From: a virus
Lineage: Duplodnaviria; Heunggongvirae; Uroviricota; Caudoviricetes
IMG/VR virus record: IMGVR_UViG_2925891887_000007
Length of the DNA stretch: 46,375 nt
Direction: 5' to 3' (one strand)
Part shown: positions 28,033 to 39,200 of the stretch, piece by piece
Position numbering within the stretch: the first letter of the stretch is position 1
Layout: every line of letters begins with the position of its first letter
Position numbers and translations under genes: made by a program
The notes under the pieces: generated by a model
What the model saw: only the letters and a program-made list of their open reading frames with translations
The model's database searches: none
What the model was told of the DNA's origin: nothing

Positions 28033-28300
28033 TCCCTTTTCCCGGCTGGCAGCGCGTATGGATGCGATCACGGTCAGAAAGATGGGAAAGACAGCCTCGA
28101 TTAATGATGCCGATATGACTGTGATCCCGGGAGAAACACTGGCAGAGCTGAATGCTCTGTCCGGACCTGCGGTCTCTCTGGTGGTGTTTTCTTCGGGATA
28201 CCGCCCACGGCGCGGGGATCGCGTTGTTTATGACGGACAACAATGGACGGTCACACGGCATGAACGTTTTAACGGTAAGCCAATGATCTTTATTGAGTAA
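28025..28300 (+). CDS. Head-tail connector/adaptor-like protein
   Basis: 91-aa ORF overlapping previous stop; position. Confidence 0.6.
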   Translation: MSDPFSRLAARMDAITVRKMGKTASINDADMTVIPGETLAELNALSGPAVSLVVFSSGYRPRRGDRVVYDGQQWTVTRHERFNGKPMIFIE

Positions 28301-28311
28301 AGAGGTGTGGG

Positions 28312-28890
28312 ATGAAGGGGCTTGAGAATGCCATCCGTAATCTGAACAGCCTTGATACCCGTATGGTGCCACAGGCCAGCGCATGGGCGATAAACCGTGT
28401 GGCACAGAAAGCGGTCTCGGTCGCCACCCGGCAGGTTGCCGGGAATACCGTTGCGGGAGATAACCAGGTGAAAGGGATCCCCCTGAAACTGGTACGTCAG
28501 CGTGTCCGGGTGTTTAAAGCCAGTCCGTCAGGAAAAATGACGGCCAGGATCCGCGTTAACCGGGGCAATCTGCCCGCTATTAAGCTGGGGACAGCCCGGG
28601 TCAGACTGGCCCGGCGTGGTGGAAAACTGCAGTACCGTGGCAGTGTGCTGAAGGTGGGTAAATATCTTTTCCGGGATGCGTTTATTCAGCAACTGGCGAA
28701 TGGTCGCTGGCATGTGATGCGGCGTATTGATGGCAAAAATCGTTACCCCATTGATGTGGTGAAAGTCCCGCTGTCCGGACCGCTGACACAGGCATTTGAA
28801 GATGCCCGCGACCGCATTATTGCTGCGGAAATGCCGAAACAGCTGGGGTATGCACTGAAACAACAACTGAGGTTATGGCTGACCCGATGA
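28312..28890 (+). CDS. Z: Tail completion protein (Z-like)
   Basis: 192 aa, AGAGGTG RBS; position upstream of U. Confidence 0.6.
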   Translation: MKGLENAIRNLNSLDTRMVPQASAWAINRVAQKAVSVATRQVAGNTVAGDNQVKGIPLKLVRQRVRVFKASPSGKMTARIRVNRGNLPAIKLGTARVRLARRGGKLQYRGSVLKVGKYLFRDAFIQQLANGRWHVMRRIDGKNRYPIDVVKVPLSGPLTQAFEDARDRIIAAEMPKQLGYALKQQLRLWLTR

Positions 28891-29288
28891 ACCGACATAC
28901 ACAAATCCGCCAGGCCGTACTGGCACGCCTTCGGGAACAGTGTGGAGACAGCGCCACGTTTTTTGACGGGCTTCCGGCATTTATTGATGCGCAGGAACTG
29001 CCTGCCGTGGCGGTGTGGCTGAGTGATGCTCAGTACACCGGAAAAATGACGGATGAAGATGACTGGCAGGCTGTTCTGCATATTGCTGTCTTCATCCGGG
29101 CACAGGCACCGGATTCAGAGCTGGATATGTGGATGGAGAGCACCATTTTCCCGGCTCTGAATGATATACCGGCACTTTCCGGACTCATCGACACCCTGAT
29201 CCCTCTCGGTTTTAACTATCAACGTGATAATGAGATGGCCACCTGGGCGATGGCGGAAATCACGTACCAGATCACGTACACGAATTAA
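28875..29288 (+). CDS. U: Tail terminator protein U
   Basis: ATFFDGLPAFIDAQELPAVAVWLSDAQYTGK...PDSELDMWMES matches lambda gpU. Confidence 0.85.
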   Translation: MADPMNRHTQIRQAVLARLREQCGDSATFFDGLPAFIDAQELPAVAVWLSDAQYTGKMTDEDDWQAVLHIAVFIRAQAPDSELDMWMESTIFPALNDIPALSGLIDTLIPLGFNYQRDNEMATWAMAEITYQITYTN

Positions 29289-29299
29289 AGGAGGTGGCA

Positions 29300-30043
29300 A
29301 TGACCACACCAAATCCACTGGCAAAAACGAAAGGTGCGGGAACGACGTTCTGGATGTACACCGGCAAGGGCGATGCGTTTGCGAACCCTTTATCGGACAC
29401 TGACTGGCTGCGTCTTGCGATGGTGAAGGATCTGCAACCTGGCGAAATGACCGCTGATGCAGAAGATGACACTTATCTCGATGATGAAGATGCAGACTGG
29501 AAAACGACAACCCAGGGGCAGAAATCCGTCGGTGATACTTCGGCGACGCTGGCCTGGCGTCCGGGTGACAGCGGGCAGAAAAAACTGGTTCAGTTGTTCG
29601 ACTCCGGTGAAGTCTGCGCGTTTCGTATCAAATATCCCAACGGCACTGTTGATGTTTTCCGTGGCTGGCTGAGCTCACTGGGTAAAACCATTGCCTCAAA
29701 AGACGTGATGACCCGCACAGTGAAAATCAGCGGTGTGGGGCGTCCGTATCTGGCAGAGGAAGGCACTGAAACAGTGAGCGTTACCGGGCTGACGGTGGCA
29801 CCGGCATCTGCCAGTGTAAAAGTGGGAGCAACCACCACGCTGACCTTTACAGTAAAACCTGACGGAGCCAGTGACAAAGCGATCAGTGTGCATTCGACAG
29901 ATCCACAGACTGCCACGGTGACCCTGAACGGGCTTGTGGCCACGGTGAAAGGCGTGAAGCAGGGCAGTGTCAGCATTGTGGGCATGACTTCTGACGGCGA
30001 TTTTGTGGCAGTGGCTGCGGTGGCTGTCAGCGCCGCAGGTTAA
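29300..30043 (+). CDS. V: Major tail protein V with C-terminal Ig-like domain
   Basis: MTTPNPLAKTKGAGTT...YLDDEDADW...NGTVDVFRGW matches lambda gpV; GGAGG RBS. Confidence 0.9.
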   Translation: MTTPNPLAKTKGAGTTFWMYTGKGDAFANPLSDTDWLRLAMVKDLQPGEMTADAEDDTYLDDEDADWKTTTQGQKSVGDTSATLAWRPGDSGQKKLVQLFDSGEVCAFRIKYPNGTVDVFRGWLSSLGKTIASKDVMTRTVKISGVGRPYLAEEGTETVSVTGLTVAPASASVKVGATTTLTFTVKPDGASDKAISVHSTDPQTATVTLNGLVATVKGVKQGSVSIVGMTSDGDFVAVAAVAVSAAG

Positions 30044-30062
30044 CAGGACGATACTCATCATT

Positions 30063-30087
30063 TGCCCCGGTTATCCGGGGCTTTTTT
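30063..30087 (+). terminator. Hairpin plus T-run after V
   Basis: GCCCCGGTTATCCGGGGCTTTTTTG. Confidence 0.45.
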
Positions 30088-30100
30088 GCAGGTGGAGAAC

Positions 30101-30490
30101 ATGATGTTTCTGAAACAGGGCACGTTTAATTATGAAAAGCAGTCCGTGGTGCTCAGTGAGCTGTCCGGGCTGCAGAGAATTGAATATCTGGCGTTTGTTC
30201 AGCAGCGAACGGCAAAGTTTGATGCCGAAGAGGGAGAACTGCCGGAGGCTGAACGACAGATTGCTTTTCTGCGGATGGGGATGGATATCAATGCCTGGCT
30301 GGTTTCCCGCTCACTGTGGAATGCGGAACAGTCTCAGGATGTTGAGACGCTTTGCGCATCCGTTATTACAACATGGTCGTATGATGCCCTGGGAGCGGGG
30401 GCGGAGATGGTTCTGTCGCTGAGCGGTATGGGAGCCATTGAGAATGCCGGGGATTTGGAGCATGAGGTGCTGACGCCGGAAAAGTCCTGA
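30101..30490 (+). CDS. G: Tail assembly chaperone G
   Basis: VLSELSGLQRIEYLAF...TTW as in lambda gpG. Confidence 0.85.
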   Translation: MMFLKQGTFNYEKQSVVLSELSGLQRIEYLAFVQQRTAKFDAEEGELPEAERQIAFLRMGMDINAWLVSRSLWNAEQSQDVETLCASVITTWSYDALGAGAEMVLSLSGMGAIENAGDLEHEVLTPEKS

Positions 30491-30828
30491 CGCGGGAAAT
30501 GCAGTTTGTCATGCGGCTTGCCCGGGAGTTCCGGCGGGCAGACTGGCGGCGGATGCTGTCGGAAATGTCGGCCACTGAGCTTGGTGAATGGGGCGATTAT
30601 TTCCGGATGCAGAGCTTCAGTGATGTGTGGATGGATGCGCAGTTTGCCTCGCTGAAGGCATTGATCGTGAGAATGGTGTCCGGTAGCAGTGATGCTGCGG
30701 TGGCTGATTTCAGCCTTTTACCGGAAGAGAACGGGATACCGGAGCGAACGGACGAAGAACTGATGCATCTTGGGGAAGGTATTTCCGGAGGTGTGCGTTA
30801 TGGACCAGATAGCCAACCTGGTCATTGA
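30101..30828 (+). CDS. GT: Tail assembly chaperone GT, product of -1 programmed frameshift near 30475-30488
   Basis: -1 frame is open from 30466 through 30828, overlapping the G 3' end; GGAAAAG slip-like site. Confidence 0.55.
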
Positions 30829-33800
30829 TTTGGGGATTGATGCGGCAGAGTTTAAAAATGAAATTCCCCGTATCAAAAACCTTCTGAATGGTGCCGCCAG
30901 CGATGCAGAACGGTCTTCTGCCCGTATGCAGCGTTTTATGGAGCGTCAGACTCAGGCCGCCCGGCAGACAACGCAGGCGGCTTCTTCGGCTGCAACAGCC
31001 GCATCCGTTCATGCGCAGACGGTGGAGAAGAGCGCACAGGCTCATGAACGCATGGCCCGCGAGGTGGAGAAAACCCGCCAGCGCATGGAGGCGCTGAGCC
31101 AGAAAATGCGCGAGGAACAGGCGCAGTCCATGGCTCTGGCGGAGGCTCAGGATAAAGCGGCTACTGCGTTTTATCGTCAGATTGACAGTGTGAAACAGGC
31201 CAGTGCGGGGCTGCAGGAATTACAGCGTATTCAGCAGCAGATCCGACAGGCCAGAAACAGTGGCGGGATTGGTCAGCAGGATTATCTGGCGCTGATTTCT
31301 GAGGTTACGGCGAAAACCCGTGTTCTTACACAGGCTGAGGAAGAGGCTACCCGACAGAAAGTGGCGTTTATTCGTCAGCTTAAAGAGCAGGCAACCCGCC
31401 AGAATCTTTCTTCTTCTGAGTTGCTTCGTGCTAAGGCTGCCCAGCTGGGGGTAAGCAGTGCTGCAGAAGTGTATATCCGCAAAATGGAGCAGGCAGGAAA
31501 AGCCACGCATTCGCTGGGTCTGAAAAGTGCAGCGGCCCGCCAGGAGATAGGCGTTCTGATAGGTGAACTGGCTCGCGGCAATTTAGGTGCGCTGAGGGGA
31601 TCCGGGATAACGCTGGCTAACCGTGCCGGATGGATAGACACACTGATGTCACCGAAAGGCATGATGCTGGGCGGGGTTATTGGCGGTATTGCCGCGGCCG
31701 TCTATGGTCTGGGTAAAGCCTGGTATGACGGTCAGAAGGAGGGGGAAGAATTTAACCGCCAGTTGTCGCTGACGGGGCATTATGCCGGAGTCACTGCCGG
31801 GCAGCTGTGGACGCTCAGTCGTGCTATTTCCGGGAATGGTATCACGCAACATGCTGCAGCCGGTGCGCTGGCTCAGGTGGTGGGGAGTGGTGCATTTCGT
31901 GGAAACGATATCGGTATGGTGGCGAGAGCTGCCGCACAGATGGAGCGATCGGTTGGCCAGTCGGTCAGCGATACCATAAATCAGTTTAAGCGGCTGAAGG
32001 ATGATCCTGTAAATGCCGCGAAGGCTCTGGACAATGAGCTGCATTTTCTTACTGCCACTCAGCTTGAGCAGATACGTGTCCTTGGGGATCAGGGACGGTC
32101 CAGTGATGCTGCACGGATAGCCATGTCTGCACTGGCAGAGGAAACCGGTCGGCGTACTGCGGATATTGATAATAACCTCAATGCGCTGGGCAGTACGCTG
32201 CAAATACTGGCCGACTGGTGGAACCGTTTCTGGGATGCGGCCATGAATATTGGTCGTGAAGACTCGCTGGATGAACAGATTGCCGCTTTACAGGAGAAAG
32301 TGTCGCGGGCGAAAAGACTCCCCTGGACGGCATCATCTTCTCAGGTTGAATACGATCAGCAGCGTCTTAACGATCTTCAGGAGAAAAAACGCCAGAAGGA
32401 TTTGCAGGATGCAAAAGAGCAGGCAGAGCGGAATTATCAGGAGCAACAGAAACGCCGTAATGCTGAAAATGCTGCACTGAACCGGATGAATGAAACGGAA
32501 GCAGCACGACATCAGCGTGAAATTGCGCGTATTAATGCCATGCAGTACGCCGATCAGGCTGTCAGGGATGCGGCGATACAACGTGAAAATGAACGTTACG
32601 AGAAAGCCCTGGCATCCGGTAAGAAAAAAACACGCGAAACCCGTAATGATGAGGCCACCCGGTTATTGCTGCAGTACAGTCAGCAACAGGCACAGGTGGA
32701 AGGACAGATTGCTGCTGCCAGACAGTCAGCAGGCATTGCCACGGAAAGGATGACAGAAGCGCATAAACAGCTTCTGGCTCTGCAGCAGCGCATCAGCGAC
32801 CTGGACGGGAAAAAACTGACGGCAGATGAAAAGAGTGTACTGGCCCGTAAAGATGAACTGATTCAGGCACTGACGCTGCTGGATGTAAAACAGCAGGAGC
32901 TTCAGAAACAGACGGCACTCAACGAGCTGAAGAAAAAAACAATTCAGCTGACCAGTCAACTGGCTGAAGAAGAGCGCGCTCAGCGTCAGCAACATGACCT
33001 GGATATCGCCACGGTGGGTATGGGTGATCAGCAGCAGCAGCGATATCAGGTACAACTGAGTCTTCGCCAGAAATACCAGCAACAGCTGGAGCAGTTGAGG
33101 CGGGATAGTGAGCAGAAAGGGACATATAACACGGATGACTACAGAAAGGCCGAGCAGGCGCTGACGGAGAGCCTGAACCGACAACTGAATGAGAATCGCC
33201 GTTACTGGCAACAGCTTGAAGTTGTGCAGGGTAACTGGAAAAACGGAGTCCTGCGTGCATTTCAGGATTTTACCGTGGATGCAGATAATACGGCAGGAAC
33301 AGCAGAACAGGTGTTCTCGTCAGCCTTCAGCAACATGGGAAATGGCCTGGCAACTTTTGTCACTACCGGCAAACTCAATTTCAAATCCTTCACCTCTTCT
33401 GTGCTGTCAGATATGGCGAAAATCCTGGCGCAGGCAACCATGATGAAATCGATAAAAGGGATTGGCAGTATACTGGGATTTGATCTCAGCAGCCTTTCCC
33501 TGAATGCCAATGGGGGGATTTATCAGTCTGCTGATTTGAGTCGTTACAGTGGCACGGTGGTTAACCGTCCGACGTTTTTTGCTTTTGCAAAAGGCGCGGG
33601 TGTGATGGGGGAAGCTGGACCTGAAGCCATTCTGCCACTGCGTCGTGATGCTGACGGTAAGCTGGGGGTTGTGGCGGATATTGGTGGTTCAGGTATGGCG
33701 ATGTTTGCCCCGCAGTACAACATCGAGATCAATAACGATGGCACGAACGGGCAGATAGGTCCGGCTGCCCTGAAGGTGGTTTATGACCTCGGGAAAAAAG

Positions 33801-33865
33801 CAGCAGCGGACTTTATGCAACAGCAGGCCCGTGATGGTGGTCGGTTAAGTGGAGCATATCGGTAA
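30800..33865 (+). CDS. H: Tail tape measure protein H
   Basis: 1021 aa; N-terminal MDQIANLVIDLGIDAAEF and C-terminal NNDGTNGQIGPAALKVVYD match lambda gpH. Confidence 0.9.
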   Translation: MDQIANLVIDLGIDAAEFKNEIPRIKNLLNGAASDAERSSARMQRFMERQTQAARQTTQAASSAATAASVHAQTVEKSAQAHERMAREVEKTRQRMEALSQKMREEQAQSMALAEAQDKAATAFYRQIDSVKQASAGLQELQRIQQQIRQARNSGGIGQQDYLALISEVTAKTRVLTQAEEEATRQKVAFIRQLKEQATRQNLSSSELLRAKAAQLGVSSAAEVYIRKMEQAGKATHSLGLKSAAARQEIGVLIGELARGNLGALRGSGITLANRAGWIDTLMSPKGMMLGGVIGGIAAAVYGLGKAWYDGQKEGEEFNRQLSLTGHYAGVTAGQLWTLSRAISGNGITQHAAAGALAQVVGSGAFRGNDIGMVARAAAQMERSVGQSVSDTINQFKRLKDDPVNAAKALDNELHFLTATQLEQIRVLGDQGRSSDAARIAMSALAEETGRRTADIDNNLNALGSTLQILADWWNRFWDAAMNIGREDSLDEQIAALQEKVSRAKRLPWTASSSQVEYDQQRLNDLQEKKRQKDLQDAKEQAERNYQEQQKRRNAENAALNRMNETEAARHQREIARINAMQYADQAVRDAAIQRENERYEKALASGKKKTRETRNDEATRLLLQYSQQQAQVEGQIAAARQSAGIATERMTEAHKQLLALQQRISDLDGKKLTADEKSVLARKDELIQALTLLDVKQQELQKQTALNELKKKTIQLTSQLAEEERAQRQQHDLDIATVGMGDQQQQRYQVQLSLRQKYQQQLEQLRRDSEQKGTYNTDDYRKAEQALTESLNRQLNENRRYWQQLEVVQGNWKNGVLRAFQDFTVDADNTAGTAEQVFSSAFSNMGNGLATFVTTGKLNFKSFTSSVLSDMAKILAQATMMKSIKGIGSILGFDLSSLSLNANGGIYQSADLSRYSGTVVNRPTFFAFAKGAGVMGEAGPEAILPLRRDADGKLGVVADIGGSGMAMFAPQYNIEINNDGTNGQIGPAALKVVYDLGKKAAADFMQQQARDGGRLSGAYR

Positions 33866-34194
33866 TGGAGACGTTTCACTGGAAAGTGCGCCCGGATATG
33901 AATGTGGTATCAGAGCCGAAAGTGGTGACAGTGAAGCTGGGCGATGGTTATGAACAGCGTCGTGTGGCGGGACTGAATAACCAGTTGTCGACTTACAGCG
34001 TGACGATACGTGTTCGTAAATGTGAACACCCATCTTTAAAAGCCTTTCTGGAACGGCACGGTGGCGTCCGCGCATTTCAGTGGACGCCACCTTATGACTG
34101 GAAGCCGATCAGGGTGGTTTGTCGTAAATGGTCGGCGAGCGTAGGGGCGCTGTGGGTAACCATAACGGCAGATTTTGAACAGGTCGTGGCATAG
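33865..34194 (+). CDS. M: Minor tail protein M
   Basis: METFHWKVRPDM...TPPYDWKPIRVVC similar to lambda gpM. Confidence 0.9.
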   Translation: METFHWKVRPDMNVVSEPKVVTVKLGDGYEQRRVAGLNNQLSTYSVTIRVRKCEHPSLKAFLERHGGVRAFQWTPPYDWKPIRVVCRKWSASVGALWVTITADFEQVVA

Positions 34195-34203
34195 GAGGCT
34201 CTG

Positions 34204-34902
34204 ATGCAGGATATTCCACAGGAAACACATCATGAGACGACACGCCTCACTCAGTCAGCCCTGGTGGTGCTCTGGGAAATCGATCTGACAGAGGTCGGTG
34301 GAGAACGTTATTTTTTCTGTAATGAGCAGAACGAAAAAGGTGAGCCGGTTACCTGGCAGGGGCGGCAGTATCAGGCATACCCCATTCAGGGGACGGGATT
34401 TGAACTGAACGGCAAGGGCAGTGCTGCCCGTCCGACACTGACGGTTTCTAACCTGCACGGCATGGTCACCGGGATGGCGGAAGACCTGCAGAGTCTGGTC
34501 GGCGGAACGGTGGTCAGGCGTAAGGTTTACGCCCGTTTTCTGGATGCGGTGAACTTCGTCAACGGAAACAGCGACGCCGATCCGGAGCAGGAGGTGATCA
34601 GCCGCTGGCGCATCGAGCAGTGCAGCGAACTGAGTGCGGTCAGTGCCTCCTTTGTGTTGTCCACACCGACGGAAACGGATGGTGCCGTTTTTCCGGGGCG
34701 CATCATGCTGGCTAATACCTGCACCTGGACCTATCGCGGTGATGAGTGCGGTTATCACGGTCCGGCGGTCGCGGATGAATATGATCAGCCGACGTCCGAT
34801 ATCACGAAGGATAAATGCAGCAAATGCCTGAGCGGTTGTAAGTTCCGCAATAACGTCGGCAACTTTGGCGGCTTCCTTTCCATTAACAAACTTTCGCAGT
34901 AA
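34204..34902 (+). CDS. L: Minor tail protein L
   Basis: Near-identical to remembered lambda gpL (VVLWEIDLTEVGGERYFFCNEQNEKGEPVTWQGRQYQ). Confidence 0.95.
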   Translation: MQDIPQETHHETTRLTQSALVVLWEIDLTEVGGERYFFCNEQNEKGEPVTWQGRQYQAYPIQGTGFELNGKGSAARPTLTVSNLHGMVTGMAEDLQSLVGGTVVRRKVYARFLDAVNFVNGNSDADPEQEVISRWRIEQCSELSAVSASFVLSTPTETDGAVFPGRIMLANTCTWTYRGDECGYHGPAVADEYDQPTSDITKDKCSKCLSGCKFRNNVGNFGGFLSINKLSQ

Positions 34903-34907
34903 ATACC

Positions 34908-35651
34908 ATGACACAGACAGAATCAGCGATTCTGGCGCACGCCCGGCGATGTGCGCCAGCGGAGTCGTGCGGCTTCGTGGTGAGAACGCCGGAGGGGGAA
35001 AGATATTTTCCCTGCGTGAATATCTCTGGTGAGCCGGAGGCGTATTTCCGGATGTCGCCGGAGGACTGGCTGAGTGCAGAAATGCAGGGAGAGATTGTGG
35101 CGCTGGTCCACAGCCACCCCGGTGGTCTGCCCTGGCTGAGTGAGGCCGACCGGCGGCTGCAGGTGCAGAGTGATTTGCCGTGGTGGCTGGTCTGCCGGGG
35201 GGCGATTCATAAATTCCGCTGTGTGCCGCATCTCACCGGGCGGCGCTTTGAGCACGGGGTGACGGACTGTTACACGCTGTTCCGGGACGCTTACCATCTG
35301 GCGGGAATTGAGATGCCGGATTTTCATCGCGGGGATGACTGGTGGCGTCACGGCCAGAATCTCTATCTTGACAATATGGAGGCAACGGGTTTTTACCGTG
35401 TCCCACTGACAGAGGCGCAGCCTGGCGACGTGCTGCTGTGCTGTTTTGGTTCATCGGTGCCGAATCATGCCGCCATTTACTGTGGCGACGGCGAGCTGCT
35501 GCACCATATTCCTGAACAACTGAGTAAACGAGAGAGGTACACCGACAAATGGCAGCGACGCACACACTCCCTCTGGCGTCACCGGGCATGGCACGCATCT
35601 GCCTTTACGGGGATTTGCAACGATTTGGTCGCCGTATCGACCTTCGTGTGA
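34908..35651 (+). CDS. K: Tail assembly protein K (JAB/MPN plus NlpC/P60 domains)
   Basis: HSHP motif and Cys/His peptidase motifs as in lambda gpK. Confidence 0.9.
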   Translation: MTQTESAILAHARRCAPAESCGFVVRTPEGERYFPCVNISGEPEAYFRMSPEDWLSAEMQGEIVALVHSHPGGLPWLSEADRRLQVQSDLPWWLVCRGAIHKFRCVPHLTGRRFEHGVTDCYTLFRDAYHLAGIEMPDFHRGDDWWRHGQNLYLDNMEATGFYRVPLTEAQPGDVLLCCFGSSVPNHAAIYCGDGELLHHIPEQLSKRERYTDKWQRRTHSLWRHRAWHASAFTGICNDLVAVSTFV

Positions 35652-36196
35652 AAACGGGGGCTGAAGCCATCCGGGCACTGGCCACACAGCTCCCGGTGTT
35701 TCGTCAGAAACTGAATGAGGGCTGGTATCAGGTGCGCATTGCCGGGCGTGATGCAGGCGAAAATGAATTATCTGCCCGTCTTAATGAGCCGCTGGCAAAT
35801 GGTGCCGTGATCCACATCGTGCCGCGTCTGGCGGGAGCTAAAAGTGGCGGTGTGTTTCAGGTGGTGCTTGGGGCGGCGCTGATTGCGGTGGCATGGTGGA
35901 ACCCTGTGGGCTGGCTGGGGGCCGCGGCTGTATCGGGCATGTATGCGGCAGGGGCCAGTATGATCCTGGGCGGAGTGGCGCAGATGCTGGCACCGAAAGC
36001 CAGGACGCCCACGGCAGCCAGTACAGATAACGGCAAACAGAACACCTATTTCTCCTCACTGGATAACATGGTTGCCCAGGGCAATGTTCTGCCGGTTCTG
36101 TACGGTGAAATGCGCGTGGGGTCACGCGTGGTTTCTCAGGAGATCAGCACGGCAGACGAAGGGGACGGTGGTCAGGTTGTGGTGATTGGTCGCTGA
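35549..36196 (+). CDS. I: Tail assembly protein I
   Basis: MAATHTLPLASPGMARICLYGDLQRFGRRIDLRVKTG matches lambda gpI. Confidence 0.9.
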   Translation: MAATHTLPLASPGMARICLYGDLQRFGRRIDLRVKTGAEAIRALATQLPVFRQKLNEGWYQVRIAGRDAGENELSARLNEPLANGAVIHIVPRLAGAKSGGVFQVVLGAALIAVAWWNPVGWLGAAAVSGMYAAGASMILGGVAQMLAPKARTPTAASTDNGKQNTYFSSLDNMVAQGNVLPVLYGEMRVGSRVVSQEISTADEGDGGQVVVIGR

Positions 36197-36256
36197 TGCA
36201 AAATGTTTTATGTGAAACCGCCTCCGGGCGGTTTTGTCGTTTATGGAGCGTGAGGA

Positions 36257-39200
36257 ATGGGTAAAGGCAGCAGTAAGGGGCATACCCCGCGCGAAGCAAA
36301 GGACAACCTGAAGTCCACGCAGTTGCTGAGTGTGATCGATGCCATCAGCGAAGGGCCGGTTGAAGGTCCGGTGGATGGATTAAAAAGCGTGCTGCTGAAC
36401 AGTACACCGGTGCTGGACAGTGAGGGGAATACTAACATCTCCGGTGTCACGGTGGTGTTCCGGGCAGGTGAGCAGGAACAGACACCGCCGGAGGGATTTG
36501 AATCATCAGGTTCCGAGACGGTACTGGGTACGGAAGTGAAATACGACACGCCGATCACCCGGACCATCACGTCGGCAAACATTGACCGTCTGCGCTTTAC
36601 CTTCGGTGTGCAGGCACTGGTGGAAACCACCTCAAAGGGGGACAGGAATCCGTCGGAAGTTCGCCTGCTGGTTCAGATACAACGTAACGGTGGCTGGGTG
36701 ACGGAAAAAGACATCACCATTAAGGGCAAAACCACCTCGCAGTATCTGGCCTCGGTAGTGGTGGATAATTTGCCGCCGCGCCCGTTCAACATCCGGATGC
36801 GCAGGATGACGCCGGACAGCACCACAGACCAGCTGCAGAACAAAACGCTCTGGTCGTCATACACCGAAATCATCGATGTGAAACAGTGCTACCCGAACAC
36901 GGCACTGGTCGGCGTACAGGTGGATTCGGAGCAGTTCGGCAGCCAGCAGGTGAGCCGTAATTATCATCTGCGCGGGCGCATTCTGCAGGTGCCGTCGAAC
37001 TATAACCCGCAGACGCGGCAATACAGCGGTATCTGGGACGGAACGTTTAAGCCAGCATACAGCAACAACATGGCCTGGTGTCTGTGGGATATGCTGACCC
37101 ATCCGCGCTACGGCATGGGGAAACGTCTTGGTGCGGCGGATGTGGACAAATGGGCGCTGTATGTCATCGGCCAGCATTGCGATCAGTCGGTGCCGGACGG
37201 TTTTGGCGGCACGGAGCCGCGCATCACCTGTAATGCGTACCTGACCACACAGCGTAAGGCGTGGGATGTGCTCAGTGATTTCTGCTCGGCGATGCGCTGT
37301 ATGCCGGTATGGAACGGGCAGACGCTGACGTTCGTGCAGGACCGACCGTCGGATAAGGCGTGGACCTATAACCGCAGTAATGTGGTGATGCCGGATGATG
37401 GCGCGCCGTTCCGCTACAGCTTCAGCGCCCTGAAAGACCGCCATAATGCCGTTGAGGTGAACTGGATTGACCCGAACAACGGCTGGGAGACGGCGACAGA
37501 GCTTGTGGAGGATACGCAGGCCATTGCCCGTTACGGTCGTAACGTCACGAAGATGGATGCCTTTGGCTGTACCAGCCGGGGGCAGGCACACCGCGCCGGG
37601 CTGTGGCTGATTAAAACGGAGCTGCTGGAAACGCAGACCGTGGATTTCAGCGTGGGTGCCGAAGGGCTTCGCCATGTGCCGGGTGATGTTATTGAAATCT
37701 GCGATGATGACTATGCCGGTATCAGCACCGGCGGGCGCGTGCTGGCGGTGAACAGCCAGACCCGGACGCTGACGCTCGACCGTGAAATCACGCTGCCATC
37801 CTCCGGTACCACGCTGATAAGCCTGGTTGACGGAAGTGGCAATCCGGTCAGCGTGGAGGTCCAGTCCGTCACCGACGGCGTGAAGGTAAAAGTGAGCCGT
37901 GTTCCTGACGGCGTTGCCGGATACAGCGTATGGGGGCTGAAGCTGCCGACGCTGCGCCAGCGCCTGTTCCGCTGCGTGAGTATCCGTGAGAACGATGACG
38001 GCACGTATGCCATCACCGCCGTGCAGCATGTACCGGAAAAAGAGGCCATCGTGGATAACGGGGCGCACTTTGACGGCGACCAGAGCGGCACGGTGAATGG
38101 TGTCACGCCGCCAGCAGTGCAGCATCTGACCGCAGAAGTCACCGCAGACAGCGGGGAATACCAGGTGCTGGCCCGCTGGGACACGCCGAAGGTGGTGAAG
38201 GGCGTGAGCTTCCTGCTTCGCCTGACCGTGGCAGCGGATGACGGCAGTGAGCGGCTGGTCAGCACGGCCCGGACGACGGAAACCACATACCGCTTCACGC
38301 AACTGGCGCTGGGGAATTACAGGCTGACAGTCCGGGCGGTAAATGCGTGGGGACAGCAGGGCGATCCGGCATCGGTATCGTTCCGGATTGCCGCACCGGC
38401 AGCGCCGTCTCGGATTGAGCTGACGCCGGGCTATTTTCAGATAACCGCCACGCCGCATCTTGCGGTTTATGATCCGACGGTACAGTTTGAGTTCTGGTTC
38501 TCGGAAAAGCGGATTGCGGATATCAGGCAGGTTGAAACCACAGCACGCTATCTTGGTACGGCGTTGTACTGGATAGCCGCCAGTATCAATATCAGGCCGG
38601 GCCATAATTATTATTTTTACGTTCGCAGTGTGAACACCGTTGGCAAATCGGCATTCGTGGAGGCTGTTGGTCAGCCGAGTGATGACGCATCCGGCTATCT
38701 GGATTTTTTCAAAGGCGAGATAGGGAAAACCCATCTGGCTCAGGAGCTGTGGACGCAGATTGATAACGGTCAGCTTGCGCCTGACCTGGCTGAAATCAGG
38801 ACATCCATTACGGATGTCAGCAATGAAATCACACAGACCGTCAATAAGAAACTGGAAGACCAGAGTGCGGCAATCCAGCAGATACAGAAAGTTCAGGTTG
38901 ATACAAATAATAACCTGAACAGCATGTGGGCTGTGAAGCTGCAGCAGATGCAGGACGGACGCCTTTATATCGCGGGTATCGGTGCCGGTATTGAGAATAC
39001 GCCAGCAGGAATGCAGAGTCAGGTGCTGCTGGCGGCAGACAGGATTGCGATGATTAATCCTGCGAATGGCAACACAAAGCCGATGTTTGTTGGTCAGGGC
39101 GATCAGATATTCATGAACGAAGTGTTCCTGAAATATCTGACGGCTCCCACCATTACCAGCGGCGGTAATCCTCCGGCATTTTCCCTGACACCGGACGGGC

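Noticed and set aside
31649-33211. Minus-strand ORFs antisense to the tape measure gene (31649-32203, 32726-33211, 32919-33260)
   Set aside because: Within gpH coding sequence; no RBS or recognisable protein features.
36857-38734. 625-aa minus-strand ORF antisense to J
   Set aside because: Fully contained in the well-supported J gene; Arg-rich low-complexity translation typical of antisense frames in GC-rich coding DNA.
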